A DNA stretch of 64,000 bases from a virus: positions 32,001 through 96,000 of the IMG/VR virus record IMGVR_UViG_3300046694_000196. One strand, given 5' to 3'. Below are positions 1 through 8,898 of the stretch, in pieces. A program made the position numbers and the translations under genes. Position 1 is the first letter of the stretch, and each line of letters opens with the position of its first letter. The notes beneath the pieces are model-generated. The model did not search any database and was not told the origin of the DNA. It saw only the letters and a program-made list of their open reading frames with translations.

Positions 1-273
1 GACCGCGAGACGAAGTACGGAATGATCGTGCACGCCGAGATGAACGTCATCTACAACGCGTCACTGACCGGAGTATCACTCAAGGGGGCGACGCTGTACG
101 TGTCGGGGCTCCCTGTGTGCTCGACTTGTACGCTCGGAGTCATCCAGGCCGGCATCTCTCGCGTGGTCATCCGTTCGCGAGACATAAATAGGTCCGAGAA
201 ATGGAGAGCGTCCTGGGACAAGAGCAGCGAGCTGCTCAGAGAAGCGGGCGTAGCGGTAGTCGTAGTTGACTAG
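1..273 (+). CDS. cd: dCMP deaminase (5'-truncated by window edge)
   Basis: HAEMN and PVCSTC zinc-binding deaminase motifs; frame open from base 1. Confidence 0.9.
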   Translation, partial: DRETKYGMIVHAEMNVIYNASLTGVSLKGATLYVSGLPVCSTCTLGVIQAGISRVVIRSRDINRSEKWRASWDKSSELLREAGVAVVVVD

Positions 274-317
274 TCTCGGTTTCATGATAGTATGCAACAT
301 CATCGAGGACACTTGAA

Positions 318-1430
318 GTGACTACAAAGAAACTTTTGTTGACTGGTATGAACAAAAACCAGTGCGTGCGGAATTTCTTCCTGAAGCAGGAACTGAACGT
401 CGTCCCGTCTTCCTACGCCCTCATAAGGGCCTTCGAGGACATGGGCTACGAGGTAGACCAGAGGCCGGTGACCCTCGGGGAAGACCTGTCCCACTACGAC
501 GAGGTCGTAATCTACATCCACAGCCCGAAGGCCTTCTGTCAGTTCCTCTGGTCAGGTCTCTACGCCGTGCACGCCCGCCCGGACGCGATCTTCGCGTTCG
601 ATGACTGGCAGGTCAAGCAGATCATGTACTCGATCAAGTCGTACAACGACTACCTGATCGAAGAGGACTACGTCAAGGCCTACAAGGACTACTACTTCGA
701 CCTGTGGCAGGGCAGGGAGTCTCGAGAAGAGGTCGCCCTCTACTCGGCCCAGTACCGCGAGGCCTGCGAGCGCATCCTCCGCAAGGAGAACAGGCTGCTG
801 ATCTCGGCCTTCGCGGGCGGAAACGTCGACGCACTCAACCTGGACTGGAAGGGGAACGTGTTCACGTTCAACCCGAACCCGTACCACCTGAACCGCACCC
901 CCGAGAACAACTTCGGCGTCGAGAAAGTCAAGACGTTCGACGACTTCTTCGGCGGAGACGAAGAGGCGGTCAAGAAGCATGAGTGGAACTTCGCGTCGCT
1001 TGTCCAGAAGAAGACCCGCGCGTGGGTAGACAAGCAGGGAGTGAAGTCCTGGCCCATCAACTACTACGGCTCCAAGAGGAACGAGGAGAAGTGCGAGCGC
1101 CTGACAGAAGACCAGATGTGCCGCAAGTTCTCCACCCAGTGGGGCATCCTCTATCCGGGATACGGCAAGATGTGTGAGTCGGGCTGGTGGCGGGCGCGCC
1201 CTCTCCAGGTCGCGGACGCCGGCTCTATCCTGGTCGGTGAGAAACCCGAGCTTATGATCTACTACAGGGACGCGTCCCTCATCCAGAGCGCCTCCACCGT
1301 AGAGGGACTCACCGACGCGCAGCTAGAGAAGCTCGCGAGGTGGCAGCGCGAGGCCCTGTATGCGAACCACCCCCTCGACAAGTCGGTCACTCGGCGAGAA
1401 CTGGAGGCAGTCCTCGATGCACCCAGATAA
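318..1430 (+). CDS. putative GT-B fold glycosyltransferase, distantly T4 beta-glucosyltransferase-like
   Basis: 370 aa; N-terminal VPSSYALIRAFEDMGYEVD resembles T4 BGT VPSSETIYLFKVISEMGLNVD; C-terminal WWRARPLQVADAGSIL resembles a GT-B donor-binding region; next to UGM. Confidence 0.55.
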   Translation: MTTKKLLLTGMNKNQCVRNFFLKQELNVVPSSYALIRAFEDMGYEVDQRPVTLGEDLSHYDEVVIYIHSPKAFCQFLWSGLYAVHARPDAIFAFDDWQVKQIMYSIKSYNDYLIEEDYVKAYKDYYFDLWQGRESREEVALYSAQYREACERILRKENRLLISAFAGGNVDALNLDWKGNVFTFNPNPYHLNRTPENNFGVEKVKTFDDFFGGDEEAVKKHEWNFASLVQKKTRAWVDKQGVKSWPINYYGSKRNEEKCERLTEDQMCRKFSTQWGILYPGYGKMCESGWWRARPLQVADAGSILVGEKPELMIYYRDASLIQSASTVEGLTDAQLEKLARWQREALYANHPLDKSVTRRELEAVLDAPR

Positions 1431-2481
1431 GAACAGACGCATACTCGTGATCGGCGCTGGCTTCTCAGGAGCAGTCATCGCCCGTGAGCTAGCAGAGTTC
1501 GGGTGGGACGTGTACGTCATGGACAAGCGAGACCACGTTGCGGGCAACGCCTATGACTACGAGCACAACCTTGGGCCACGCGTACACAAGTACGGCCCGC
1601 ACCTTTTCCACACCAACAACGAGCGAGTCTGGGACTACCTCCAGCGCTTCGGCGACTGGGTCCCGTACAGGCACAGAGTGAAGGCCATGCTCAAGGACGG
1701 GCGCTTCGTGACGCTACCCGTCAACCGAGAGACCAAGGAGGTCGTGGGTGAAGAGAACGTGCTCGACGTGTTCTACAGGCCATACACACGAAAGATGTGG
1801 GGCGTGGAGCTTGACGAACTTGATCCTTCCGTTGCGAAGCGAGTGCCAGTCCGCGACGACGACAACGAGTTCTACTTCCCTGACGACGCATTCCAGGCGC
1901 TGCCGCGAGAAGGGTACACTCAACTGGTCAGGAATATCCTGGACCACGAGAACATCACTGTGGGACTAGGACGGAAATTCTTCAAAGGGTTGGAACAGTA
2001 CTACTTTCACGTCTTCAATTCTATGCCGATCGACGAGTACTATGACTTCTGTTTCGGCGAGCTCCCGTACAGGTCCATCAAGTTCAGTACCCGCTTCGTC
2101 TCTCACCCGAACTTCTTTGACGACCTCCCCGCCGCCACCGTGAACTTCACTGGAGACGGCCCGTTCACGCGAGTCACGTGCTGGAACAAGCTCCCGAACT
2201 CACCGCCGGCAGAGCACGACGTCTGGACGTACGAGCAGCCATGTGACTACCGCGACAACGACATGGAGCGGTACTACCCGGTGAAGGACCGAGACGGCAA
2301 GAACCGCGCCACGTACGAGCAGTACAAGGCGATCCCGAACGAGAAGACTACTTTCATCGGCAGGACCGGGCTCTACGCCTACCTCGACATGCACCAGGCA
2401 GTCAACATAGCACTACAGACCGCGAAGAAGTTCAATGACGCGCACAGCAGCGATATTCACGACCAGGGCGTTCAGCTCTGA
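1417..2481 (+). CDS. glf: UDP-galactopyranose mutase
   Basis: GAGFSG FAD-binding motif, HKYGPHLFHTN, YTRKMWG, ERYYP, GRTGLYAYLDM; ATG 1417 with GGAG RBS. Confidence 0.95.
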   Translation: MHPDKNRRILVIGAGFSGAVIARELAEFGWDVYVMDKRDHVAGNAYDYEHNLGPRVHKYGPHLFHTNNERVWDYLQRFGDWVPYRHRVKAMLKDGRFVTLPVNRETKEVVGEENVLDVFYRPYTRKMWGVELDELDPSVAKRVPVRDDDNEFYFPDDAFQALPREGYTQLVRNILDHENITVGLGRKFFKGLEQYYFHVFNSMPIDEYYDFCFGELPYRSIKFSTRFVSHPNFFDDLPAATVNFTGDGPFTRVTCWNKLPNSPPAEHDVWTYEQPCDYRDNDMERYYPVKDRDGKNRATYEQYKAIPNEKTTFIGRTGLYAYLDMHQAVNIALQTAKKFNDAHSSDIHDQGVQL

Positions 2482-3523
2482 CTTCACTTCCCTCTACGAG
2501 TCCATGCACTTCCTGAGGGAGTACGACAGGATAGTGTTCTACCACGCCTACGGCACCGACAAGGTGGTCGAGGCAGTCGAGAGACTCGGCCGCGTCGTCG
2601 TCTCTGAGGTAGTGCACACCAAGTCCTGGTTCGACCGGTGCGTATCCGGCGACTTTCCTACCTGGAGGCATTTCTATGAAGCTTTCGACCCTCACGTCCC
2701 GGAACGCGGGATTGATGACGTCTACCTCTTTGGCGCGCCTCTCTCAGACGGCGGAAAGCTCAAGAGGAAGCACAACGGTCTACAGAAGAACCTTGACAAC
2801 AACAAGTTCATCACCTTCGTCAGCGTCGCTAAGCATTACTTCACCGCTTACGCGGCTGTCAAGCTCGCTAACGTCACCGGAGCCGCTTTCCACGAGGTGT
2901 GCTATGACCCTGGAGAGAACTCTGTGGGGCAGCTCGTTGACGTCATACGACCGGTCTCTGTTCGCGTTTACCACGGCTACGACATAGCGCGCTTCGGCAT
3001 AGAGAAGCACCGTTTCTTCCAGGACGGCATGGCCCAGTCGCGGTCTTCTCCCTTCGATGACGACGATGAAGTCGACCACGACGTGGTCTTCGGCTACAGC
3101 TACATGACCAGGGACCGCCGAGCCTCCCACGAGTACGCTCAAGACGTCATCTCGGTCGTGCGGTCACTCCCGGGAGTCAGGTCTCGCTTCCTGGTGAAGA
3201 ACAAGGTCGAGGGCTACGACACGTCTGTGAGTCGTGAGGAGTACATGCGACTCATCCGCAAGTCACGGTTCACGTTCGTGGCGCCGGCGTACGAGCCAGG
3301 CGTCTTCTCGCCGTTCAGGTACATCGAGGCCGTCTTGTCGGGCTGCCTCCCCCTCGTCTTCGAGACCTGCGCATACAGAGAGTTCTTTGACTCGTGGGGC
3401 GTCCCCGTGGACTCCGTGCACGCGACGATAGTCAACCGTGGCAGCGTAGCGGCTGCACTAGAGATGGACGAGATGGACCGGCGGGCGCTGGTGGAGTACC
3501 TCCGCGCCAAGTTTCTCGCGTAG
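2435..3523 (+). CDS. putative GT-B glycosyltransferase
   Basis: C-terminal EEYMRLIRKSRFTFVAPAYEPGVFSPFRYIEAVLSGCLPLV is typical of GT-B donor-binding domains; overlaps glf. Confidence 0.6.
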   Translation: MTRTAAIFTTRAFSSDFTSLYESMHFLREYDRIVFYHAYGTDKVVEAVERLGRVVVSEVVHTKSWFDRCVSGDFPTWRHFYEAFDPHVPERGIDDVYLFGAPLSDGGKLKRKHNGLQKNLDNNKFITFVSVAKHYFTAYAAVKLANVTGAAFHEVCYDPGENSVGQLVDVIRPVSVRVYHGYDIARFGIEKHRFFQDGMAQSRSSPFDDDDEVDHDVVFGYSYMTRDRRASHEYAQDVISVVRSLPGVRSRFLVKNKVEGYDTSVSREEYMRLIRKSRFTFVAPAYEPGVFSPFRYIEAVLSGCLPLVFETCAYREFFDSWGVPVDSVHATIVNRGSVAAALEMDEMDRRALVEYLRAKFLA

Positions 3524-3535
3524 CCCCTCCCGGCC

Positions 3536-3565
3536 TATAAATATCCTAGAATGCAACTCTAGGAT
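3536..3565 (+). promoter_or_regulatory. T4-type late promoter plus RBS-sequestering hairpin
   Basis: TATAAATA 3536-3543; ATCCTAGA(3543-50)/TCTAGGAT(3558-65) stem covers the AGGA RBS of the 3574 gene. Confidence 0.8.
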
Positions 3566-3573
3566 GACTCAAC

Positions 3574-4758
3574 ATGAACGCAATGACTTGGTCCTCTATC
3601 GTCCCCCTCATCGGCGGCGAGACCATAGCCATGGAGAGGGTCTTCGGCAACCGCCCAGAAGAACTGCTCTCCTACTCCCCATTCGCTTCTAACGACGCGC
3701 ACATCGTGAACCACTACGACGGCGAGGTCCCCTACCGCCTGATCGACAAGGAAGAGTTCACCCCCCGCCGCGTAGACGTAGTCAACTCGGTCTGCCCCTG
3801 CGCAGGGCTCTCGTCTCTGTCTCCCACTTCCGCTGCGGACTCTAAGGTCAACGAGTGGATGTTCGAGTCGTCGAAATACGTCTTCGAGAACGTCAAGCCG
3901 ACCGTGCTCTGGGGAGAGAACGCCCCCCACTTCGCTACGAACAAGGGCACGCTGATCCGAGAACGGCTGCGAGACATGGCACTCGACCACGGGTACTCCA
4001 TGAGCGTCATGAAGACGAAGTCACTCGTGCACGGCCTGCCCCAGATCAGGACCAGGAGCTTCTACTTCTTCTGGCGAGGCATGGACGCGCCGCTCTTTGA
4101 CTACTACCACCGGCCGCACGTCAAGATAGAAGACCTCATCCGGGGAGTCAAGTCAAACTCCCAGAGAGAAGTCATCGGCCGGGGAAAACCGTCTGACAAC
4201 AAGTACCTCGAGTTCATCCTCGAGCACGTCCGCAGGCAGACTTTCCAGGAGTTCTATGACTCCCTGCAGAAGTCTGAGAGCGTCATCACGATCATCGAGC
4301 AAGAGTCCGACTGGGTCTCGTGCGCTGAGTGGATGGAGTCCAAGGGGTACGACCGCGAGGCCAAGTCGTCACGACGCCGCCAGGCCAAGCTCGACGACAA
4401 CAAGGGCTACATGAAGAAAGACCTGCTGTTCGCGAAGGACTACATCGGCGCGTTCGTCGGGCACCTCCCTCACTCCATCAGGCACCCCGACGAAGACCGC
4501 TTCATCGACTACCGCGAGGCCATGACCATCATGGGGCTCCCCGACGACTTCGAGCTGCTCGACCCGAAGCACAGCTCCAACCACATATGCCAGAACGTCC
4601 CGGTGCAGACCGCGACCGACATGGCCACGGAGGTCCGAGAAGTACTCCTCGGCAACAGGAGGTCCTCGGGGCACAGGTACGTGCTGCAGGACAACGTTCA
4701 CCAGAAAGTAGAAGAGACCCTCTTCCCCTCGAAGACACTCGTAGACTTCGCTGTCTGA
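3574..4758 (+). CDS. DNA cytosine-C5 methyltransferase (atypical motif I)
   Basis: CPCAGLS (motif IV), ENAP (VI), QIRTRSFY (VIII), YREAMTIMGLPDDF...QNVP (IX/X); motif I is PLIGG. Confidence 0.8.
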   Translation: MNAMTWSSIVPLIGGETIAMERVFGNRPEELLSYSPFASNDAHIVNHYDGEVPYRLIDKEEFTPRRVDVVNSVCPCAGLSSLSPTSAADSKVNEWMFESSKYVFENVKPTVLWGENAPHFATNKGTLIRERLRDMALDHGYSMSVMKTKSLVHGLPQIRTRSFYFFWRGMDAPLFDYYHRPHVKIEDLIRGVKSNSQREVIGRGKPSDNKYLEFILEHVRRQTFQEFYDSLQKSESVITIIEQESDWVSCAEWMESKGYDREAKSSRRRQAKLDDNKGYMKKDLLFAKDYIGAFVGHLPHSIRHPDEDRFIDYREAMTIMGLPDDFELLDPKHSSNHICQNVPVQTATDMATEVREVLLGNRRSSGHRYVLQDNVHQKVEETLFPSKTLVDFAV

Positions 4759-4769
4759 CGAGAAACCAG

Positions 4770-4798
4770 TTGACAAACTGGCCCACCCGTGATATACT
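4770..4798 (+). promoter_or_regulatory. sigma70-like/early promoter
   Basis: TTGACA-N17-TATACT. Confidence 0.8.
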
Positions 4799-4822
4799 GT
4801 ACATTCACCCAGGAAATTTGTC

Positions 4823-5062
4823 ATGGCACTATCCGGTTCAAACGGCGACTACTATCGCCTGCCCGAAGCCGCCCGCGAGCTTCAAGACCTCATCGAACAC
4901 CGCAACATGAACTTCGCCGTCGGGAACATATTCAAGGCCTGCTACAGGCTCGGTTCCAAAGAGGGCACCGACGACGTGTACGACCTCGAGAAGATGATCT
5001 TCTTCGCGTCGAGGGAGCTGGCACGAATCAAGAAGGAGAGACGCGATGTACACTGCGATTAG
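4823..5062 (+). CDS. DUF3310-like protein (T7 gp1.7 nucleotide kinase-like)
   Basis: MNFAVGNIFKACYRLGSK...DLEKMIFFASRE pattern. Confidence 0.7.
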   Translation: MALSGSNGDYYRLPEAARELQDLIEHRNMNFAVGNIFKACYRLGSKEGTDDVYDLEKMIFFASRELARIKKERRDVHCD

Positions 5063-5294
5063 GCTCATCAACAGCGACTACTTCAACGGCCCGTGGGCCT
5101 TCGGACAGATATCAGACGTCATGGCCGACCTCGGCTACGACCTGACGGGGACGTGCGAGTCCCCGGTACAGTACGAGTTCCTGTACTCGCTGGACCTCCC
5201 AGAGGAACTGACACAGGACGAAATACGACGGGAGTTCGAAGAGCTCCTGCCAGAGTTCACCGTCGAAGTGCTCCGCTACGACATCGAAGAGTAA
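5046..5294 (+). CDS. hypothetical protein
   Basis: 82-aa ORF overlapping upstream gene, phage-like codon usage. Confidence 0.7.
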   Translation: MYTAIRLINSDYFNGPWAFGQISDVMADLGYDLTGTCESPVQYEFLYSLDLPEELTQDEIRREFEELLPEFTVEVLRYDIEE

Positions 5295-5304
5295 GGACGA
5301 TACT

Positions 5305-6288
5305 TTGCAATTCAACATTGAAATCGAGAAACTGAGAGAGTGCAAGCTCTTCGTGGCAGTGCCGATGTACGGCGGGATGTGCCACGGTAACTTCACTCGC
5401 TCCATCATGGACCTCACCGCGCTCTGTGCCCGCTACAGTGTCCACATGCGCACGTACTTCCTCTTCAACGAGTCCCTGATCAGCCGCGCGCGCGCGTACT
5501 GTGCCGACGAGTTCCTCCGCTCTGACTGCACCCACATGCTCTTCATCGACGCCGACATCACGTTCAACGCGAACGACGTCATCGCGATGATAGCGGTCCA
5601 GCTCATGGACCCCGAGAACAAGGACATCGTCGCGGCGGCTTACCCCAAGAAGTGCATCACCTGGGAGAAGATCAAGCTGGCAGTCGACAAGGGCTTCGCT
5701 GACGAGGACCCCAACAGGCTCGAGGACTTCGTGGGTGACTTCGTGTTCAACCCGGTGTCCGGCACTTCCATCCTGCTAAGTGAGCCCGCCGAGGTCGCCG
5801 AGGCCGGCACCGGCTTCATGCTCATCCCGCGCAACACGTTCGACCGCTTTAACGTGGCGTACCCCGAGTTCCGGTACCTGCCAGACCACGCGCGCAGCGA
5901 CAACTTCGACGGCACCCGCGAGATCACCATGTTCTTCGACTGCGTCATCGACAAGGACCGCAAGGAGTCTGAGTTCGAGGCGATGATGGACGACATCCTG
6001 GCACTAGAAGTAGGTTCTCCTGACGACGAGCTCGACGTCGAGAAACTGCAGGCCAAGGTCAAGGACATCCGTCTCCGTGAGAAGAACAGCTCGAAGAGGT
6101 ACCTGTCGGAGGACTACTACTTCTGCCAGAACGTCCGCAGGGCCGGCATGAAGGTGTGGATCTGTCCGTGGATCGAGCTGCAGCACAGCGGTTTCTACAC
6201 GTTCGGGGGCAAGCTCGCCGCGCTCGCCGCGATCGGCGCCTCCGCCACAGTCGACAAAGACGCACTAAAGAAGAGAGCCAAGGCATGA
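5305..6288 (+). CDS. GT-A-like glycosyltransferase conserved in T4-like phages
   Basis: LFVAVPMYGG, NESLISRAR, THMLFIDADI (DxD), RYLSEDYYFC; TTG start with AAGGA. Confidence 0.75.
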   Translation: MQFNIEIEKLRECKLFVAVPMYGGMCHGNFTRSIMDLTALCARYSVHMRTYFLFNESLISRARAYCADEFLRSDCTHMLFIDADITFNANDVIAMIAVQLMDPENKDIVAAAYPKKCITWEKIKLAVDKGFADEDPNRLEDFVGDFVFNPVSGTSILLSEPAEVAEAGTGFMLIPRNTFDRFNVAYPEFRYLPDHARSDNFDGTREITMFFDCVIDKDRKESEFEAMMDDILALEVGSPDDELDVEKLQAKVKDIRLREKNSSKRYLSEDYYFCQNVRRAGMKVWICPWIELQHSGFYTFGGKLAALAAIGASATVDKDALKKRAKA

Positions 6289-6482
6289 TACTGAAAGTGA
6301 TATCCGAAGAAGACGAGAACGACTTCGTCGAGTTTCGCGTAGAAGACGGGCTGGTCGAAGAGATCAGGGCCGAGCTCGGAGAAGACGCCAGCGAAGAAGA
6401 CATCGCGCGGCGAGTAGTAGAACTATTACTGGCCGAGGCCACCGAAGGAGAAGAAGATGAAGTTGACACAGTCGACGATTGA
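6285..6482 (+). CDS. acidic hypothetical protein
   Basis: ATG 6285 overlaps upstream stop; 65 aa. Confidence 0.65.
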   Translation: MILKVISEEDENDFVEFRVEDGLVEEIRAELGEDASEEDIARRVVELLLAEATEGEEDEVDTVDD

Positions 6483-6636
6483 GTATAGATTCGCCCTGAT
6501 CAACCACGCCCGAGACATACTCCGGGACGCCGGCGCGATCGATGGCTACCGATTTCACCCCGAACAGTACGAAGCCCACGTCTTGGCCCTCGCCGAGAAG
6601 ATCCACGCGTGGGTCGAGAAGGACCTGTCTGCATGA
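6457..6636 (+). CDS. hypothetical protein (59 aa, not in ORF track)
   Basis: MKLTQSTIEYRFALINHARDILRDAG...; GGAG RBS; stop overlaps gp45 ATG. Confidence 0.6.
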   Translation: MKLTQSTIEYRFALINHARDILRDAGAIDGYRFHPEQYEAHVLALAEKIHAWVEKDLSA

Positions 6637-7280
6637 AGCTATCCGACGAGACTCTCAACATCCTGAAGAACTTCGCGACGATCAACAAGGCGATCGAAGT
6701 GAAGGCCGGCAACGTGCTGGCAACTATCTCTCCCGCGAAGACCATCTTCGCCAAGACGACCGTCCCCGAGAACTTCGAAGTCGGCTTCGCTATCTACGAG
6801 CTACCGAAGTTCCTGGGCGCACTCAGCCTGTTCGGCGAGCCCACGCTGGACTTCAAGGACAAGTACGTCACCATCTCGGAGGGGTCGACGAAGATCCGAT
6901 ACACATACTGTGACCCTTCTACGATCGTCACCGCGCCGTCGAAGGAGATCAAGCTCCCCGACGTCGTCGCTTCCTTCGACGTCAAGTCGTCGAGCATCGC
7001 GGCGCTGATGAAGTCCCTGGGCGTCCTCGGCCTGCCTGAGATCATGGTGCACGGGGACGGCACTGCTATCTACCTGTCGGCGGCCAACTCGAAGAACCAG
7101 TCAGCCGACGAGTTCTCAGTGAAGGTCGCGGACTCCGAGGCGGAGTTCAAGGTCTACTTCAACAAGGAGAACTTCAAGCTCCTCGACCGTGACTACGAGG
7201 TCTCTGTGTCCAAGTCAGGCCTCGCGGAGTTCAAGTCGGGCGACCTGAAGTACTTCGTCATCGGGGCCGCTAACACGTGA
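6633..7280 (+). CDS. 45: sliding clamp
   Basis: MKLSDETLNILKNFATIN, FAIYELPKFL, IRYTYCDPSTI; adjacent to clamp loader. Confidence 0.95.
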   Translation: MKLSDETLNILKNFATINKAIEVKAGNVLATISPAKTIFAKTTVPENFEVGFAIYELPKFLGALSLFGEPTLDFKDKYVTISEGSTKIRYTYCDPSTIVTAPSKEIKLPDVVASFDVKSSSIAALMKSLGVLGLPEIMVHGDGTAIYLSAANSKNQSADEFSVKVADSEAEFKVYFNKENFKLLDRDYEVSVSKSGLAEFKSGDLKYFVIGAANT

Positions 7281-7609
7281 ACCGAGACGAGCTGAACTTC
7301 GTCGTAGAGTTCATTGACGCCATGGCCTCCCGCGGCGCGATCCGCGGGAGCGAACTGCTGAACGTGGGCTCCCTGCGTGCGCGGGCGCTCGAAGACATCA
7401 TGGAGATGAACGATGGAACTGAGCCAGGACCTGCGGGACATAGTCTGGGTCGAGAAGTACAGGCCGCAGACGATCGAGGACTGCATCCTGCCGGAAGCCC
7501 TGAAGGAGACGTTCCGGGGCTTCGTGAAGAAAGGGAACCTGCCGAACTTGCTCCTGCACGGCGGCCCCGGCATAGGAAAGACTACGGTAGCGAGGGCGAT
7601 GCTCCGTGA
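7277..7609 (+). CDS. small conserved phage protein (C-terminal extent uncertain)
   Basis: FIDAMASRGAIRGSELLNVGSLR N-terminus looks coding; 3' part overlaps gp44 by ~200 nt. Confidence 0.5.
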   Translation: MNRDELNFVVEFIDAMASRGAIRGSELLNVGSLRARALEDIMEMNDGTEPGPAGHSLGREVQAADDRGLHPAGSPEGDVPGLREEREPAELAPARRPRHRKDYGSEGDAP

Positions 7610-8372
7610 GCTGGACTCCGACTACATAGTAGTCAACGGGTCCCTCAACGGCAACATCGATACCCTCAGGAACGAGATCAAGGACTTCGCGTCGAGCGTG
7701 TCCCTGTTCAAGGCCGGCCGCAAGTACGTCATCCTGGACGAGGCCGACTACCTGAACGCCAACAGCGTACAGCCCGCCCTGCGCAACTTCATGGAGGAGT
7801 ACTCCAAGAACTGCGGCTTCATCCTGACGTGTAACTACAAGAACCGCATCATCGAGCCCCTGCACTCCAGGCTGGTCGGAGTAGACTTCTCTTCTTCCCC
7901 GAAGGAAGTGGACCAGCTCAAGTTCCAGTTCTTCAAGAGACTCAAGTTCATCCTGGAGAACGAGCGTGTCGCCTACGACAAGGCGGTGCTGGTCGAACTC
8001 ATCAAGAAGCACTTCCCCGACATGCGACGGGTCATCAACGAGGTCGAGCGGTACTCGGCCAACGGCGCGGTCGACTCCGGCATACTTGTCAGCCTGCTGG
8101 ACGACAACTTCGCGCGCCTGGTATCTGCACTCAAGGACAAGAAGTTCAACGAGATGAGGAAGTGGGTCGCAGAGAACTCACACCTGGACACCGCCGACGT
8201 CATCAGGAAGGTCTACGAGGCCGCTGACGGGCTTATGACTCCCCAGAGCATAGCGGCTTTCATCATCCTGGCACAGAAGTACCTCTACCAGTCGGCGTTC
8301 AGCTCTGACTCTGAGATCACGACCAGCGCCTTCCTCACAGAGACGATGATCGAGACGGAGTGGCTCGCGTGA
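7413..8372 (+). CDS. 44: clamp loader large subunit
   Basis: WVEKYRP, GGPGIGKT Walker A, ILDEAD, SRL, DMRR. Confidence 0.97.
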   Translation: MELSQDLRDIVWVEKYRPQTIEDCILPEALKETFRGFVKKGNLPNLLLHGGPGIGKTTVARAMLRELDSDYIVVNGSLNGNIDTLRNEIKDFASSVSLFKAGRKYVILDEADYLNANSVQPALRNFMEEYSKNCGFILTCNYKNRIIEPLHSRLVGVDFSSSPKEVDQLKFQFFKRLKFILENERVAYDKAVLVELIKKHFPDMRRVINEVERYSANGAVDSGILVSLLDDNFARLVSALKDKKFNEMRKWVAENSHLDTADVIRKVYEAADGLMTPQSIAAFIILAQKYLYQSAFSSDSEITTSAFLTETMIETEWLA

Positions 8373-8578
8373 TCAAGCGGTGCCTGTACTGCAGGAAGAT
8401 GCTGTGGAAGAAGTACGACGAGCTGCGGCTCGCGACTGCCGACGGCGAACGGGTATCGTACCTGTGCCTGCCACACGCAGACGAGATGATGAGGGAAGGA
8501 GACACCGTTGAGCAATCCGTTCGAGTGGGCCGCGGCGATGGGGACGACGAAGAAAGACCTGATCCGTTCGGCGACTGA
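8369..8578 (+). CDS. small Cys-containing hypothetical protein
   Basis: GTG overlaps gp44 stop; CLYC...CLPH; overlaps gp62 start. Confidence 0.45.
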   Translation: MIKRCLYCRKMLWKKYDELRLATADGERVSYLCLPHADEMMREGDTVEQSVRVGRGDGDDEERPDPFGD

Positions 8579-8897
8579 CCCAGAGGCTGCCGAGAAGTCC
8601 TACCCGGCCTTCATGGTCAACAGGGCTTTCTCCTACTACGCCGACACAGTGCTCCACGCCCAGGAGATGAACCGCGCCGGCGAGCTGCCCAACCTGATGC
8701 AGCACGACTACTACCTCCATTCACTCCGTGCCAAGAAGCGTTTCGCGAAGTGGCACAAGGCCGAGAAGGACGAGACCGTCGACCTGATCGCGCGGGCGTA
8801 CAGTATAAATATCCACGACGCGAGGGTCTACCTCTCGTTGATGTCGCCCGAAGACATCGAAGCCGTAAGAACAAGAATGGACACAGGCGGTCGATAA
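8508..8897 (+). CDS. 62: clamp loader small subunit
   Basis: YPAFMVNRAFSYYADTVLHAQEMN...DYYLHSLRAKKRFAKW. Confidence 0.93.
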   Translation: MSNPFEWAAAMGTTKKDLIRSATDPEAAEKSYPAFMVNRAFSYYADTVLHAQEMNRAGELPNLMQHDYYLHSLRAKKRFAKWHKAEKDETVDLIARAYSINIHDARVYLSLMSPEDIEAVRTRMDTGGR

Positions 8898-8898
8898 C

